Source of the DNA: Octopus sinensis
Taxonomy: Eukaryota
Reading direction: 5' to 3'
Assembly (NCBI RefSeq): GCF_006345805.1
Contig: NC_043005.1
Span: forward strand, 14,818,001 to 14,882,000
Length of the DNA stretch: 64,000 nucleotides
Shown here: positions 1-12,200 of the stretch, in pieces
Numbering within the stretch: position 1 is the first letter of the stretch
How the letters are laid out: every line of letters starts with the position of its first letter
The notes under the pieces: model-generated
Told to the model about the DNA's origin: nothing
The model's input: the letters and a program-made list of their open reading frames with translations, nothing else
Databases searched by the model: none
Made by a program: the position numbers and the translations under genes

Positions 1-137
1 TAGATAAGCCGATTTACTGATAAATTTATTTACATTTTGTTCCACCTTTCAAATTATTTTAATTTATCCTTTGCCTTTGTAAATGCTTACATGTTCTCAT
101 GCATTCATTTCTTTTTTCTTTCTCTTATTCTCCCCAG

Positions 138-269
138 ACTCACCAATATGGGCAACACCTGTTATTTAAATGCAATCCTGCAGTCTCTTTTTAGTCTAGA
201 GACTTTTGCCACAGAGTTGTTATTTATTAACTGTAAAGTATCAAAAGTAAACCCCAGTTCTTTGCACAG
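138..269 (+). CDS. USP37: USP37-like exon with catalytic Cys box
   Basis: ccccag|A CTC ACC AAT ATG GGC AAC ACC TGT ... CAC AG|gtaac; LTNMGNTCYLNAILQSLF. Confidence 0.93.
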
Positions 270-3200
270 GTAACCGACTTTTTCTGCATCTACCTTTTAT
301 TTGTAACTAGCAGTATCACCCGGCGTTGCTCGGGTTTGTAAGGGAAATAACTATATAAGCATTTTTAGAGATGTAAAGTATAATAGCCATCTCAATATGG
401 CTAACCACAAAGGGGGGGGGTGTTACTGTAGCTTTTTACGTTCTGAGATTTAATAATAAATTTTTAGAGAGTTACTTCCCTTATATGTGCCAAAAATTCA
501 TTAAAAATGGGAAACATTGATGGTAAATTTTTTTTTAAATCGTTGACTCATCGTAGATGCGCGCTAATACCCAGAAGGGCTCGATATGAATCACGACTAT
601 AAGATACCCGCTTTTGGTTAAACTGCACTGCAAAATGTGGGAGTAGTTAGGAATCTAAATCGTAGGAGACAGACACCACACAACCTCATCATCATCATTT
701 AGCGTCCGTTTTCCATGCTAGCATGGGTTACTTTTATATATTTGTAATAAGAAAGAATATTGTCTGTGAACCTGTGTGTGTATACACATATGGCCAGCTC
801 CTGTTAAACCATCCAACCCATGCCAGCATGGAAAACGGATGTTAAATGATGATGATCACGGCAGTAGTTCTTAATCTTTTTTTTTTTTTTTTTTGTAGCA
901 CCCACCTAAGTCACAAGTGAGGTATCACAGCTAGACTAACTTAATGTGAATGATAATTTAAAATTTTTTACTCTAAAATTGGATTGTATAAGTTTTTAAC
1001 AGTGAAACGAGAGAAAAATTAGTAAAGACAAAAGTTGAAATTTATTTTATACATTGCAAGATAATGACTTCCTTGTGCCTGATGAGATTTCATTTCATTT
1101 TGATAACCATTACTGGTTTTATCATGTATAATATAATTACTACTATAGGTAAAATATATGTTAATTACTTCACTATTCCCTTCAACATGCCCAATGTCTC
1201 TTTGGGTATAGTACCACTTACATTGAGAACCTCTGGTATATGATACATCCCCCACTCCCAGATAAAATCTCAAAAAAGTCACCCTAGGTCCTGTATGTGA
1301 AGTTGGACTTCCTATAAGCTAGTTTTGACCCTCATGCTCACTGCTACAGCCTTATTTTAATCAAGATGATCACCAGTACCAACTGATTCGTTGACACTAC
1401 AAATTAATGTTTTCTGCTTTATCTAAGGTACTAATGCTTTCTAATGTACCACTAGATTGATTTAAATGTTACATGCTGTAATGCACTGAAGGCTTTTTTC
1501 CCTTGTATTTGTGCTGTTGATATTGGGGTGTGATAATTCTGTTCAGATTAATTTCTTATTCTTTGCTTGATTCAAATTAAAATCTACCCACAAAATTTCA
1601 TGTTTATGTTTGAAACATCTGCTTAATATAGATAAAATTGTTTTACTAAATACTTCATTGTTTTTAAAGTTATTTGGAACAAAACAGGGTATTTTAACAG
1701 ATAATGGTAAAAAAACGGTTAACGATGGCGAATTGGCATTAGCTTACTGCTGGATCAAGTACTTTAGTGTTTTGAGTTCTAGCTCTCGTTTGTCTCGTCT
1801 GAGTTCAAATCTGGCCAGGATTAATAGAACTATTTGTGATAATGCACTTTAGTTAGTTTAGTCACTTGGGCAATCCCTTCCCCTAGAATGTTGAGTTGGC
1901 TGGGTGAAAAAAAAGTTAGTTACCTTCTTGAGTTTTGCTGACTTGTAAGGGCCAGTTTCCTGGTTTCCATGGCTTAAATATTCTCCACCTGGATGGGACA
2001 TTGGTCCATAATCATTTTTGCCAGCTGAGTGGACTGGAGCAATGTGGAATTAAGTGTTTTGCTCAAGAACACAACGTGTTGCCCAGTCAAGGTATTGAAA
2101 CCACAATCTTAGGATCATGAATTCAACATCCTAGCTACTAGTTGGCTGGTTAGGTACTGGTTGACCAGTTAAAAAATTTGTGGCTTGTATCCTCTCAATA
2201 TATTATGTCTATGACAAAAAATAGTATAACTATCAAATTGCCTAGCTGGTGTTGACATATTTAATAAGACCTCTAAAAAGCTAATTAGGATTGAGGTAGG
2301 GGAGAAATATTAGTTAATGGTTAATATTTTCTTTGTAGGAAACAAACACAGAAATATACTTTAGGCATGTTTCAACTTTATTCTGACCTCATCAGCTAAG
2401 TATAAATTTCACCATTCCTGACAAAGTAGCTATAAAAGAATTACTAAATAGGTGTGCCTGATGTGTGTTGTTATCGCCTTATGGTCCACTGCTGGACAAA
2501 TGCCTCCTCATGTTCTCTCCACCATCCACAGTCTGATGTTTTCCTCTTCCATGTTTGGGTGCTGAAGAATTTAGCAAATTAAAAGAGTGGACACCACATC
2601 CAGAAAAAAGGAGGGGGAAGACCATGTAGGAGTTTGAATGGAGTGTATATGATTATACATTTATTGGTGTAGGAAAATAGGTTTAGCAGGGATTCAGTCC
2701 ACCAGCATGGAGCCCGTGTCTTTTGCTTTTAGCTCTGGGCCAACCAATGCTTGTTCCTTGAGAGTGAATTTGGTTAGTGGAAACTATGCAGAAGTCCTTT
2801 GTGTATGTTTCTATTTGTCTCTCACCACCACTTGATGCAACTCTGTTCATGTCCCTGTAATTTAGCAGTTCAGGAAGAAAGAAACTGATAGAGTAACTAC
2901 CTGACTTAAAAATAGAACTGGAGTCAATTCACTTGACTAAAGCCCTTCAGGACTGCTGTTCATTGACTGGAAATTATACAAGACCATAGTTTAAAAATGA
3001 AGCTAGCTAGATATATTTAGTGAGATAAAACCAATATTAGTTTCTGGTTATTTATTTGCATTTTTCTAGGTGGTGAAGTTGAATAACCCCAGATGTTTCA
3101 AGTCTTATTTTGGCTTCATCCTAGATGCTGCATTCAGTGAAGTAGTAATGCAAGAATTGCTAAATGATTGTACAATATTGTACATTTGAGGTACTGTAGG

Positions 3201-6200
3201 ATAGAAAAAAATTTTCGTCTGTAAGTAGTTGCCACATTGTAAAATTAGATCCTCATTTTGACAGCTTGCAAAATTGCAATTAGTCTGTTTACTAAAAGTA
3301 CTTTCCTGTCTTAGATTGGTATCTTCTGCAAGCAAAGATTTGACTACCATTCACTCAATTCCTTGGAACTAAGTGATTAGTAGACAATTTTATCTCTCAG
3401 CAGTTCTAGAAAGTGTATCACCCTGACCCCTCCATTTCATATTTTATATATATCCATGAGTAATGATGTTCAGTTTTCATTGTATAATGTTTTGCAAAAA
3501 AAAAATTCCTTTTTGGGTTTACATGAAATTAAATTTTAAATTCCTGTTGCAGTACCATGGCCAATTTGTTAATCTCACAGACCAAAAGTGAATCTGATGT
3601 TAGTAAAGTGACCTTATTAGGTAATGTGAGAGAAGCTATATCAACCGTTGGTACACATTTCTTAAGTAATGACATGCAGGTAAGTTCATATTTTTTTCTA
3701 CTTTGTTTCTTTCAGTTGTATAGTGATTTATTTCAACACTGAAACAAGACAATATTTTCAACCCAGTTTCTCAGTTCACCTGTTTTTACCTAGTTGTTAA
3801 GTTCTATTCAACCTCCTACTTTCTTTTAACATAGTGCATAGGTGCAGGAGTGGCTGTGTGGTAAGTAGATTGCTTACCAACAACATGGTCCCGGGTTCAG
3901 TCCCACTGTGTGGCACCTTGGGCAAGTGTCTTCTACTATAGCCTTGGGCTGACAGGTGCAGGAGTGGCTGTGTGGTTAGTAGATTGCTTACCAACAACAT
4001 GGTCCCGGGTTCAGTCCCACTGTGTGGCACCTTGGGCAAGTGTCTTCTACTATAGCCTCGGGCTGACAGGTGCAGGAGTGGCTGTGTGGTTAGTAGATTG
4101 CTTACCAACAACATGGTCCCGGGTTCAGTCCCACTGTGTGGCACCTTGGGCAAGTGTCTTCTACTATAGCCTCGGGCTGACAGGTGCAGGAGTGGCTGTG
4201 TGGTAAGTAGATTGCTTACCAACAACATGGTCCCGGGTTCAGTCCCACTGTGTGGCACCTTGGGCAAGTGTCTTCTACTATAGCCTCGGGCTGACAGGTG
4301 CAGGAGTGGCTGTGTGGTAAGTAGATTGCTTACCAACAACATGGTCCCGGGTTCAGTCCCACTGTGTGGCACCTTGGGCAAGTGTCTTCTATAGCCTCAG
4401 GCTGACAGGTGCAGGAGTGACTGTGTGGTTAGTAGATTGCTTACCAACAACATGGTCCCGGGTTCAGTCCCACTGTGTGGCACCTTGGGCAAGTGTCTTC
4501 TATAGCCTCGGGCTGACAGGTGCAGGAGTGGCTGTGTGGTTAGTAGATTGCTTACCAACAACATGGTCCCGGGTTCAGTCCCACTGTGTGGCACCTTGGG
4601 CAAGTGTCTTCTACTATAGCCTCGGGCTGACAGGTGCAGGAGTGGCTGTGTGGTAAGTAGATTGCTTACCAACAACATGGTCCCGGGTTCAGTCCCACTG
4701 TGTGGCACCTTGGGCAAGTGTCTTCTACTATAGCCTCGGGCTGACAGGTGCAGGAGTGGCTGTGTGGTAAGTAGATTGCTTACCAACAACATGGTCCCGG
4801 GTTCAGTCCAGCTGTGTGGCACCTTGGGCAAGTGTCTTCTATAGCCTCAGGCTGACAGGTGCAGGAGTGACTGTGTGGTTAGTAGATTGCTTACCAACAA
4901 CATGGTCCCGGGTTCAGTCCCACTGCGTGGCACCTTGGGCAAGTGTCTTCTATAGCCTCAGGCTGACAGGTGCAGGAGTGACTGTGTGGTTAGTAGATTG
5001 CTTACCAACAACATGGTCCCGGGTTCAGTCCCACTGTGTGGCACCTTGGGCAAGTGTCTTCTATAGCCTCAGGCTGACAGGTGCAGGAGTGACTGTGTGG
5101 TTAGTAGATTGCTTACCAACAACATGGTCCCGGGTTCAGTCCCACTGTGTGGCACCTTGGGCAAGTGTCTTCTATAGCCTCAGGCTGACAGGTGCAGGAG
5201 TGGCTGTGTGGTTAGTAGATTGCTTACCAACAACATGGTCCCGGGTTCAGTCTCACTGTGTGGCACCTTGGGCAAGTGTCTTCTATAGCCTCAGGCTGAC
5301 AGGTGCAGGAGTGACTGTGTGGTTAGTAGATTGCTTACCAACAACATGGTCCCGGGTTCAGTCCCACTGTGTGGCACCTTGGGCAAGTGTCTTCTATAGC
5401 CTCAGGCTGACAGGTGCAGGAGTGACTGTGTGGTTAGTAGATTGCTTACCAACAACATGGTCCCGGGTTCAGTCCCACTGTGTGGCACCTTGGGCAAGTG
5501 TCTTCTATAGCCTCAGGCTGACAGGTGCAGGAGTGACTGTGTGGTTAGTAGATTGCTTACCAACAACATGGTCCCGGGTTCAGTCTCACTGTGTGGCACC
5601 TTGGGCAAGTGTCTTCTATAGCCTCAGGCTGACAGGTGCAGGAGTGACTGTGTGGTTAGTAGATTGCTTACCAACAACATGGTCCCGGGTTCAGTCCCAC
5701 TGTGTGGCACCTTGGGCAAGTGTCTTCTATAGCCTCAGGCTGACAGGTGCAGGAGTGACTGTGTGGTTAGTAGATTGCTTACCACCAACATGGTCCCGGG
5801 TTCAGTCCCACTGTGTGGCACCTTGGGCAAGTGTCTTCTATAGCCTCAGGCTGACAGGTGCAGGAGTGGCTGTGTGGTTAGTAGATTGCTTACCAACAAC
5901 ATGGTCCCGGGTTCAGTCCCACTGTGTGGCACCTTGGGCAAGTGTCTTCTATAGCCTCAGGCTGACAGGTGCAGGAGTGACTGTGTGGTTAGTAGATTGC
6001 TTACCAACAACATGGTCCCGGGTTCAGTCCCACTGTGTGGCACCTTGGGCAAGTGTCTTCTATAGCCTCAGGCTGACAGGTGCAGGAGTGGCTGTGTGGT
6101 TAGTAGATTGCTTACCAACAACATGGTCCCGGGTTCAGTCCCACTGCGTGGCACCTTGGGCAAGTGTCTTCTATAGCCTCAGGCTGACAGGTGCAGGAGT

Positions 6201-9200
6201 GACTGTGTGGTTAGTAGATTGCTTACCAACAACATGGTCCCGGGTTCAGTCCCACTGTGTGGCACCTTGGGCAAGTGTCTTCTATAGCCTCAGGCTGACA
6301 GGTGCAGGAGTGACTGTGTGGTTAGTAGATTGCTTACCAACAACATGGTCCCGGGTTCAGTCCCACTGTGTGGCACCTTGGGCAAGTGTCTTCTACTATA
6401 GCCTCGGGCTGACAGGTGCAGGAGTGGCTGTGTGGTTAGTAGATTGCTTACCAACAACATGGTCCCGGGTTCAGTCCCACTGTGTGGCACCTTGGGCAAG
6501 TGTCTTCTATAGCCTCAGGCTGACAGGTGCAGGAGTGGCTGTGTGGTTAGTAGATTGCTTACCAACAACATGGTCCCGGGTTCAGTCTCACTGCGTGGCA
6601 CCTTGGGCAAGTGTCTTCTACTATAGCCTTGGGCTGACAGGTGCAGGAGTGACAGTGTGGTTAGTAGATTGCTTACCAACAACATGGTCCCGGGTTCAGT
6701 CCCACTGTGTGGCACCTTGGGCAAGTGTCTTCTATAGCCTCAGGCTGACAGGTGCAGGAGTGACTGTGTGGTTAGTAGATTGCTTACCAACAACATGGTC
6801 CCGGGTTCAGTCCCACTGTGTGGCACCTTGGGCAAGTGTCTTCTATAGCCTCAGGCTGACAGGTGCAGGAGTGGCTGTGTGGTTAGTAGATTGCTTACCA
6901 ACAACATGGTCCCGGGTTCAGTCCCACTGTGTGGCACCTTGGGCAAGTGTCTTCTATAGCCTCAGGCTGACAGGTGCAGGAGTGGCTGTGTGGTTAGTAG
7001 ATTGCTTACCAACAACATGGTCCCGGGTTCAGTCCCACTGTGTGGCACCTTGGGCAAGTGTCTTCTATAGCCTCAGGCTGACAGGTGCAGGAGTGGCTGT
7101 GTGGTTAGTAGATTGCTTACCAACAACATGGTCCCGGGTTCAGTCCCACTGTGTGGCACCTTGGGCAAGTGTCTTCTATAGCCTCAGGCTGACAGGTGCA
7201 GGAGTGGCTGTGTGGTTAGTAGATTGCTTACCAACAACATGGTCCCGGGTTCAGTCCCACTGTGTGGCACCTTGGGCAAGTGTCTTCTATAGCCTCAGGC
7301 TGACAGGTGCAGGAGTGGCTGTGTGGTTAGTAGATTGCTTACCAACAACATGGTCCCGGGTTCAGTCTCACTGCGTGGCACCTTGGGCAAGTGTCTTCTA
7401 TAGCCTCAGGCTGACAGGTGCAGGAGTGGCTGTGTGGTTAGTAGATTGCTTACCAACAACATGGTCCCGGGTTCAGTCTCACTGCGTGGCACCTTGGGCA
7501 AGTGTCTTCTATAGCCTCAGGCTGACAGGTGCAGGAGTGGCTGTGTGGTTAGTAGATTGCTTACCAACAACATGGTCCCGGGTTCAGTCCCACTGTGTGG
7601 CACCTTGGGCAAGTGTCTTCTATAGCCTCAGGCTGACAGGTGCAGGAGTGGCTGTGTGGTTAGTAGATTGCTTACCAACAACATGGTCCCGGGTTCAGTC
7701 CCACTGTGTGGCACCTTGGGCAAGTGTCTTCTATAGCCTCAGGCTGACAGGTGCAGGAGTGGCTGTGTGGTTAGTAGATTGCTTACCAACAACATGGTCC
7801 CGGGTTCAGTCTCACTGCGTGGCACCTTGGGCAAGTGTCTTCTACTATAGCCTCGGGCTGACAGGTGCAGGAGTGGCTGTGTGGTTAGTAGATTGCTTAC
7901 CAACAACATGGTCCCGGGTTCAGTCTCACTGCGTGGCACCTTGGGCAAGTGTCTTCTATAGCCTCAGGCTGACAGGTGCAGGAGTGGCTGTGTGGTTAGT
8001 AGATTGCTTACCAACAACATGGTCCCGGGTTCAGTCTCACTGCGTGGCACCTTGGGCAAGTGTCTTCTATAGCCTCAGGCTGACAGGTGCAGGAGTGGCT
8101 GTGTGGTTAGTAGATTGCTTACCAACAACATGGTCCCGGGTTCAGTCCCACTGTGTGGCACCTTGGGCAAGTGTCTTCTATAGCCTCAGGCTGACAGGTG
8201 CAGGAGTGGCTGTGTGGTTAGTAGATTGCTTACCAACAACATGGTCCCGGGTTCAGTCCCACTGTGTGGCACCTTGGGCAAGTGTCTTCTATAGCCTCAG
8301 GCTGACAGGTGCAGGAGTGGCTGTGTGGTTAGTAGATTGCTTACCAACAACATGGTCCCGGGTTCAGTCTCACTGCGTGGCACCTTGGGCAAGTGTCTTC
8401 TACTATAGCCTCGGGCTGACAGGTGCAGGAGTGGCTGTGTGGTTAGTAGATTGCTTACCAACAACATGGTCCCGGGTTCAGTCTCACTGCGTGGCACCTT
8501 GGGCAAGTGTCTTCTACTATAGCCTTGGGCTGACAGGTGCAGGAGTGACTGTGTGGTTAGTAGATTGCTTACCAACAACATGGTCCCGGGTTCAGTCTCA
8601 CTGCGTGGCACCTTGGGCAAGTGTCTTCTACTATAGCCTCGGGCTGACAGGTGCAGGAGTGACTGTGTGGTTAGTAGATTGCTTACCAACAACATGGTCC
8701 CGGGTTCAGTCCCACTGTGTGGTACCTTGGGCAAGTGTCTTCTACTATAGCCTCGGGCTGACAGGTGCAGGAGTGGCTGTGTGGTAAGTAGATTGCTTAC
8801 CAACAACATGGTCCCGGGTTCAGTCTCACTGCGTGGCACCTTGGGCAAGTGTCTTCTACTATAGCCTCGGGCTGACAGGTGCAGGAGTGGCTGTGTGGTA
8901 AGTAGATTGCTTACCAACAACATGGTCCCGGGTTCAGTCTCACTGCGTGGCACCTTGGGCAAGTGTCTTCTACTATAGCCTCGGGCTGACAGGTGCAGGA
9001 GTGGCTGTGTGGTAAGTAGATTGCTTACCAAGAACATGGTCCCGGGTTCAGTCTCACTGCGTGGCACCTTGGGCAAGTGTCTTCTACTATAGCCTCGGGC
9101 TGACAGGTGCAGGAGTGGCTGTGTGGTAAGTAGATTGCTTACCAACAACATGGTCCCGGGTTCAGTCTCACTGCGTGGCACCTTGGGCAAGTGTCTTCTA

Positions 9201-12200
9201 CTATAGCCTCGGGCTGACAGGTGCAGGAGTGACTGTGTGGTTAGTAGATTGCTTACCAACAACATGGTCCCGGGTTCAGTCTCACTGCGTGGCACCTTGG
9301 GCAAGTGTCTTCTACTATAGCCTCGGGCTGACAGGTGCAGGAGTGGCTGTGTGGTAAGTAGATTGCTTACCAACAACATGGTCCCGGGTTCAGTCTCACT
9401 GCGTGGCACCTTGGGCAAGTGTCTTCTACTATAGCCTCGGGCTGACAGGTGCAGGAGTGACTGTGTGGTTAGTAGATTGCTTACCAACAACATGGTCCCG
9501 GGTTCGGTCTCACTGCGTGGCACCTTGGGCAAGTGTCTTCTACTATAGCCTCGGGCTGACAGGTGCAGGAGTGACTGTGTGGTTAGTAGATTGCTTACCA
9601 ACAACATGGTCCCGGGTTCAGTCTCACTGCGTGGCACCTTGGGCAAGTGTCTTCTACTATAGCCTCGGGCTGACAGGTGCAGGAGTGACTGTGTGGTTAG
9701 TAGATTGCTTACCAACAACATGGTCCCGGGTTCAGTCTCACTGCGTGGCACCTTGGGCAAGTGTCTTCTACTATAGCCTCGGGCTGACAGGTGCAGGAGT
9801 GACTGTGTGGTTAGTAGATTGCTTACCAACAACATGGTCCCGGGTTCAGTCCCACTGCGTGGCACCTTGGGCAAGTGTCTTCTACTATAGCCTCGGGCTG
9901 ACAGGTGCAGGAGTGACTGTGTGGTTAGTAGATTGCTTACCAACAACATGGTCCCGGGTTCAGTCTCACTGCGTGGCACCTTGGGCAAGTGTCTTCTACT
10001 ATAGCCTCGGGCTGACAGGTGCAGGAGTGACTGTGTGGTTAGTAGATTGCTTACCAACAACATGGTCCCGGGTTCAGTCTCACTGCGTGGCACCTTGGGC
10101 AAGTGTCTTCTACTATAGCCTCGGGCTGACAGGTGCAGGAGTGGCTGTGTGGTAAGTAGATTGCTTACCAACAACATGGTCCCGGGTTCAGTCTCACTGC
10201 GTGGCACCTTGGGCAAGTGTCTTCTACTATAGCCTCGGGCTGACAGGTGCAGGAGTGACTGTGTGGTTAGTAGATTGCTTACCAACAACATGGTCCCGGG
10301 TTCAGTCTCACTGCGTGGCACCTTGGGCAAGTGTCTTCTACTATAGCCTCGGGCTGACAGGTGCAGGAGTGACTGTGTGGTTAGTAGATTGCTTACCAAC
10401 AACATGGTCCCGGGTTCAGTCTCACTGCGTGGCACCTTGGGCAAGTGTCTTCTACTATAGCCTCGGGCTGACAGGTGCAGGAGTGACTGTGTGGTTAGTA
10501 GATTGCTTACCAACAACATGGTCCCGGGTTCAGTCTCACTGCGTGGCACCTTGGGCAAGTGTCTTCTACTATAGCCTCGGGCTGACAGGTGCAGGAGTGA
10601 CTGTGTGGTTAGTAGATTGCTTACCAACAACATGGTCCCGGGTTCAGTCTCACTGCGTGGCACCTTGGGCAAGTGTCTTCTATAGCCTCAGGCTGACAGG
10701 TGCAGGAGTGACTGTGTGGTTAGTAGATTGCTTACCAACAACATGGTCCCGGGTTCAGTCCCACTGTGTGGCACCTTGGGCAAGTGTCTTCTATAGCCTC
10801 AGGCTGACAGGTGCAGGAGTGGCTGTGTGGTTAGTAGATTGCTTACCAACAACATGGTCCCGGGTTCAGTCTCACTGCGTGGCACCTTGGGCAAGTGTCT
10901 TCTACTATAGCCTCGGGCTGACAGGTGCAGGAGTGACTGTGTGGTTAGTAGATTGCTTACCAACAACATGGTCCCGGGTTCAGTCCCACTGCGTGGCACC
11001 TTGGGCAAGTGTCTTCTACTATAGCCTCGGGCTGACAGGTGCAGGAGTGGTTGTGTGGTTAGTAGATTGCTTACCAACAACATGGTCCCGGGTTCAGTCT
11101 CACTGCGTGGCACCTTGGGCAAGTGTCTACTACTATAGCCTTGGGCTGACAGGTGCAGGAGTGGCTGTGTGGTTAGTAGATTGCTTACCAACAACATGGT
11201 CCCGGGTTCAGTCTCACTGCGTGGCACCTTGGGCAAGTGTCTTCTACTATAGCCTTGGGCTGACAGGTGCAGGAGTGACTGTGTGGTTAGTAGATTGCTT
11301 ACCAACAACATGGTCCCGGGTTCAGTCTCACTGCGTGGCACCTTGGGCAAGTGTCTTCTACTATAGCCTCGGGCTGACAGGTGCAGGAGTGGCTGTGTGG
11401 TTAGTAGATTGCTTACCAACAACATGGTCGCGGGTTCAGTCCCACTGTGTGGCACCTTGGGCAAGTGTCTTCTATAGCCTCAGGCTGACAGGTGCAGGAG
11501 TGGCTGTGTGGTTAGTAGATTGCTTACCAACAACATGGTCCCGGGTTCAGTCCCACTGTGTGGCACCTTGGGCAAGTGTCTTCTATAGCCTCAAGCTGAC
11601 AGGTGCAGGAGTGGCTGTGTGGTTAGTAGATTGCTTACCAACAACATGGTCCCGGGTTCAGTCCCACTGTGTGGCACCTTGGGCAAGTGTCTTCTATAGC
11701 CTCAGGCTGACAGGTGCAGGAGTGGCTGTGTGGTTAGTAGATTGCTTACCAACAACATGGTCCCGGGTTCAGTCCCACTGTGTGGCACCTTGGGCAAGTG
11801 TCTTCTATAGCCTCAGGCTGACAGGTGCAGGAGTGACTGTGTGGTTAGTAGATTGCTTACCAACAACATGGTCCCGGGTTCAGTCTCACTGCGTGGCACC
11901 TTGGGCAAGTGTCTTCTATAGCCTCAGGGTGACAGGTGCAGGAGTGGCTGTGTGGTTAGTAGATTGCTTACCAACAACATGGTCCCGGGTTCAGTCCCAC
12001 TGCGTGGCACCTTGGGCAAGTGTCTTCTATAGCCTCAAGCTGACAGGTGCAGGAGTGGCTGTGTGGTTAGTAGATTGCTTACCAACAACATGGTCCCGGG
12101 TTCAGTCTCACTGCGTGGCACCTTGGGCAAGTGTCTTCTACTATAGCCTTGGGCTGACAGGTGCAGGAGTGGCTGTGTGGTTAGTAGATTGCTTACCAAC

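Noticed and set aside
3841-3917. Functional tRNA gene cluster
   Set aside because: No canonical anticodon or D arm, and the sequence is continuous with a SINE body.
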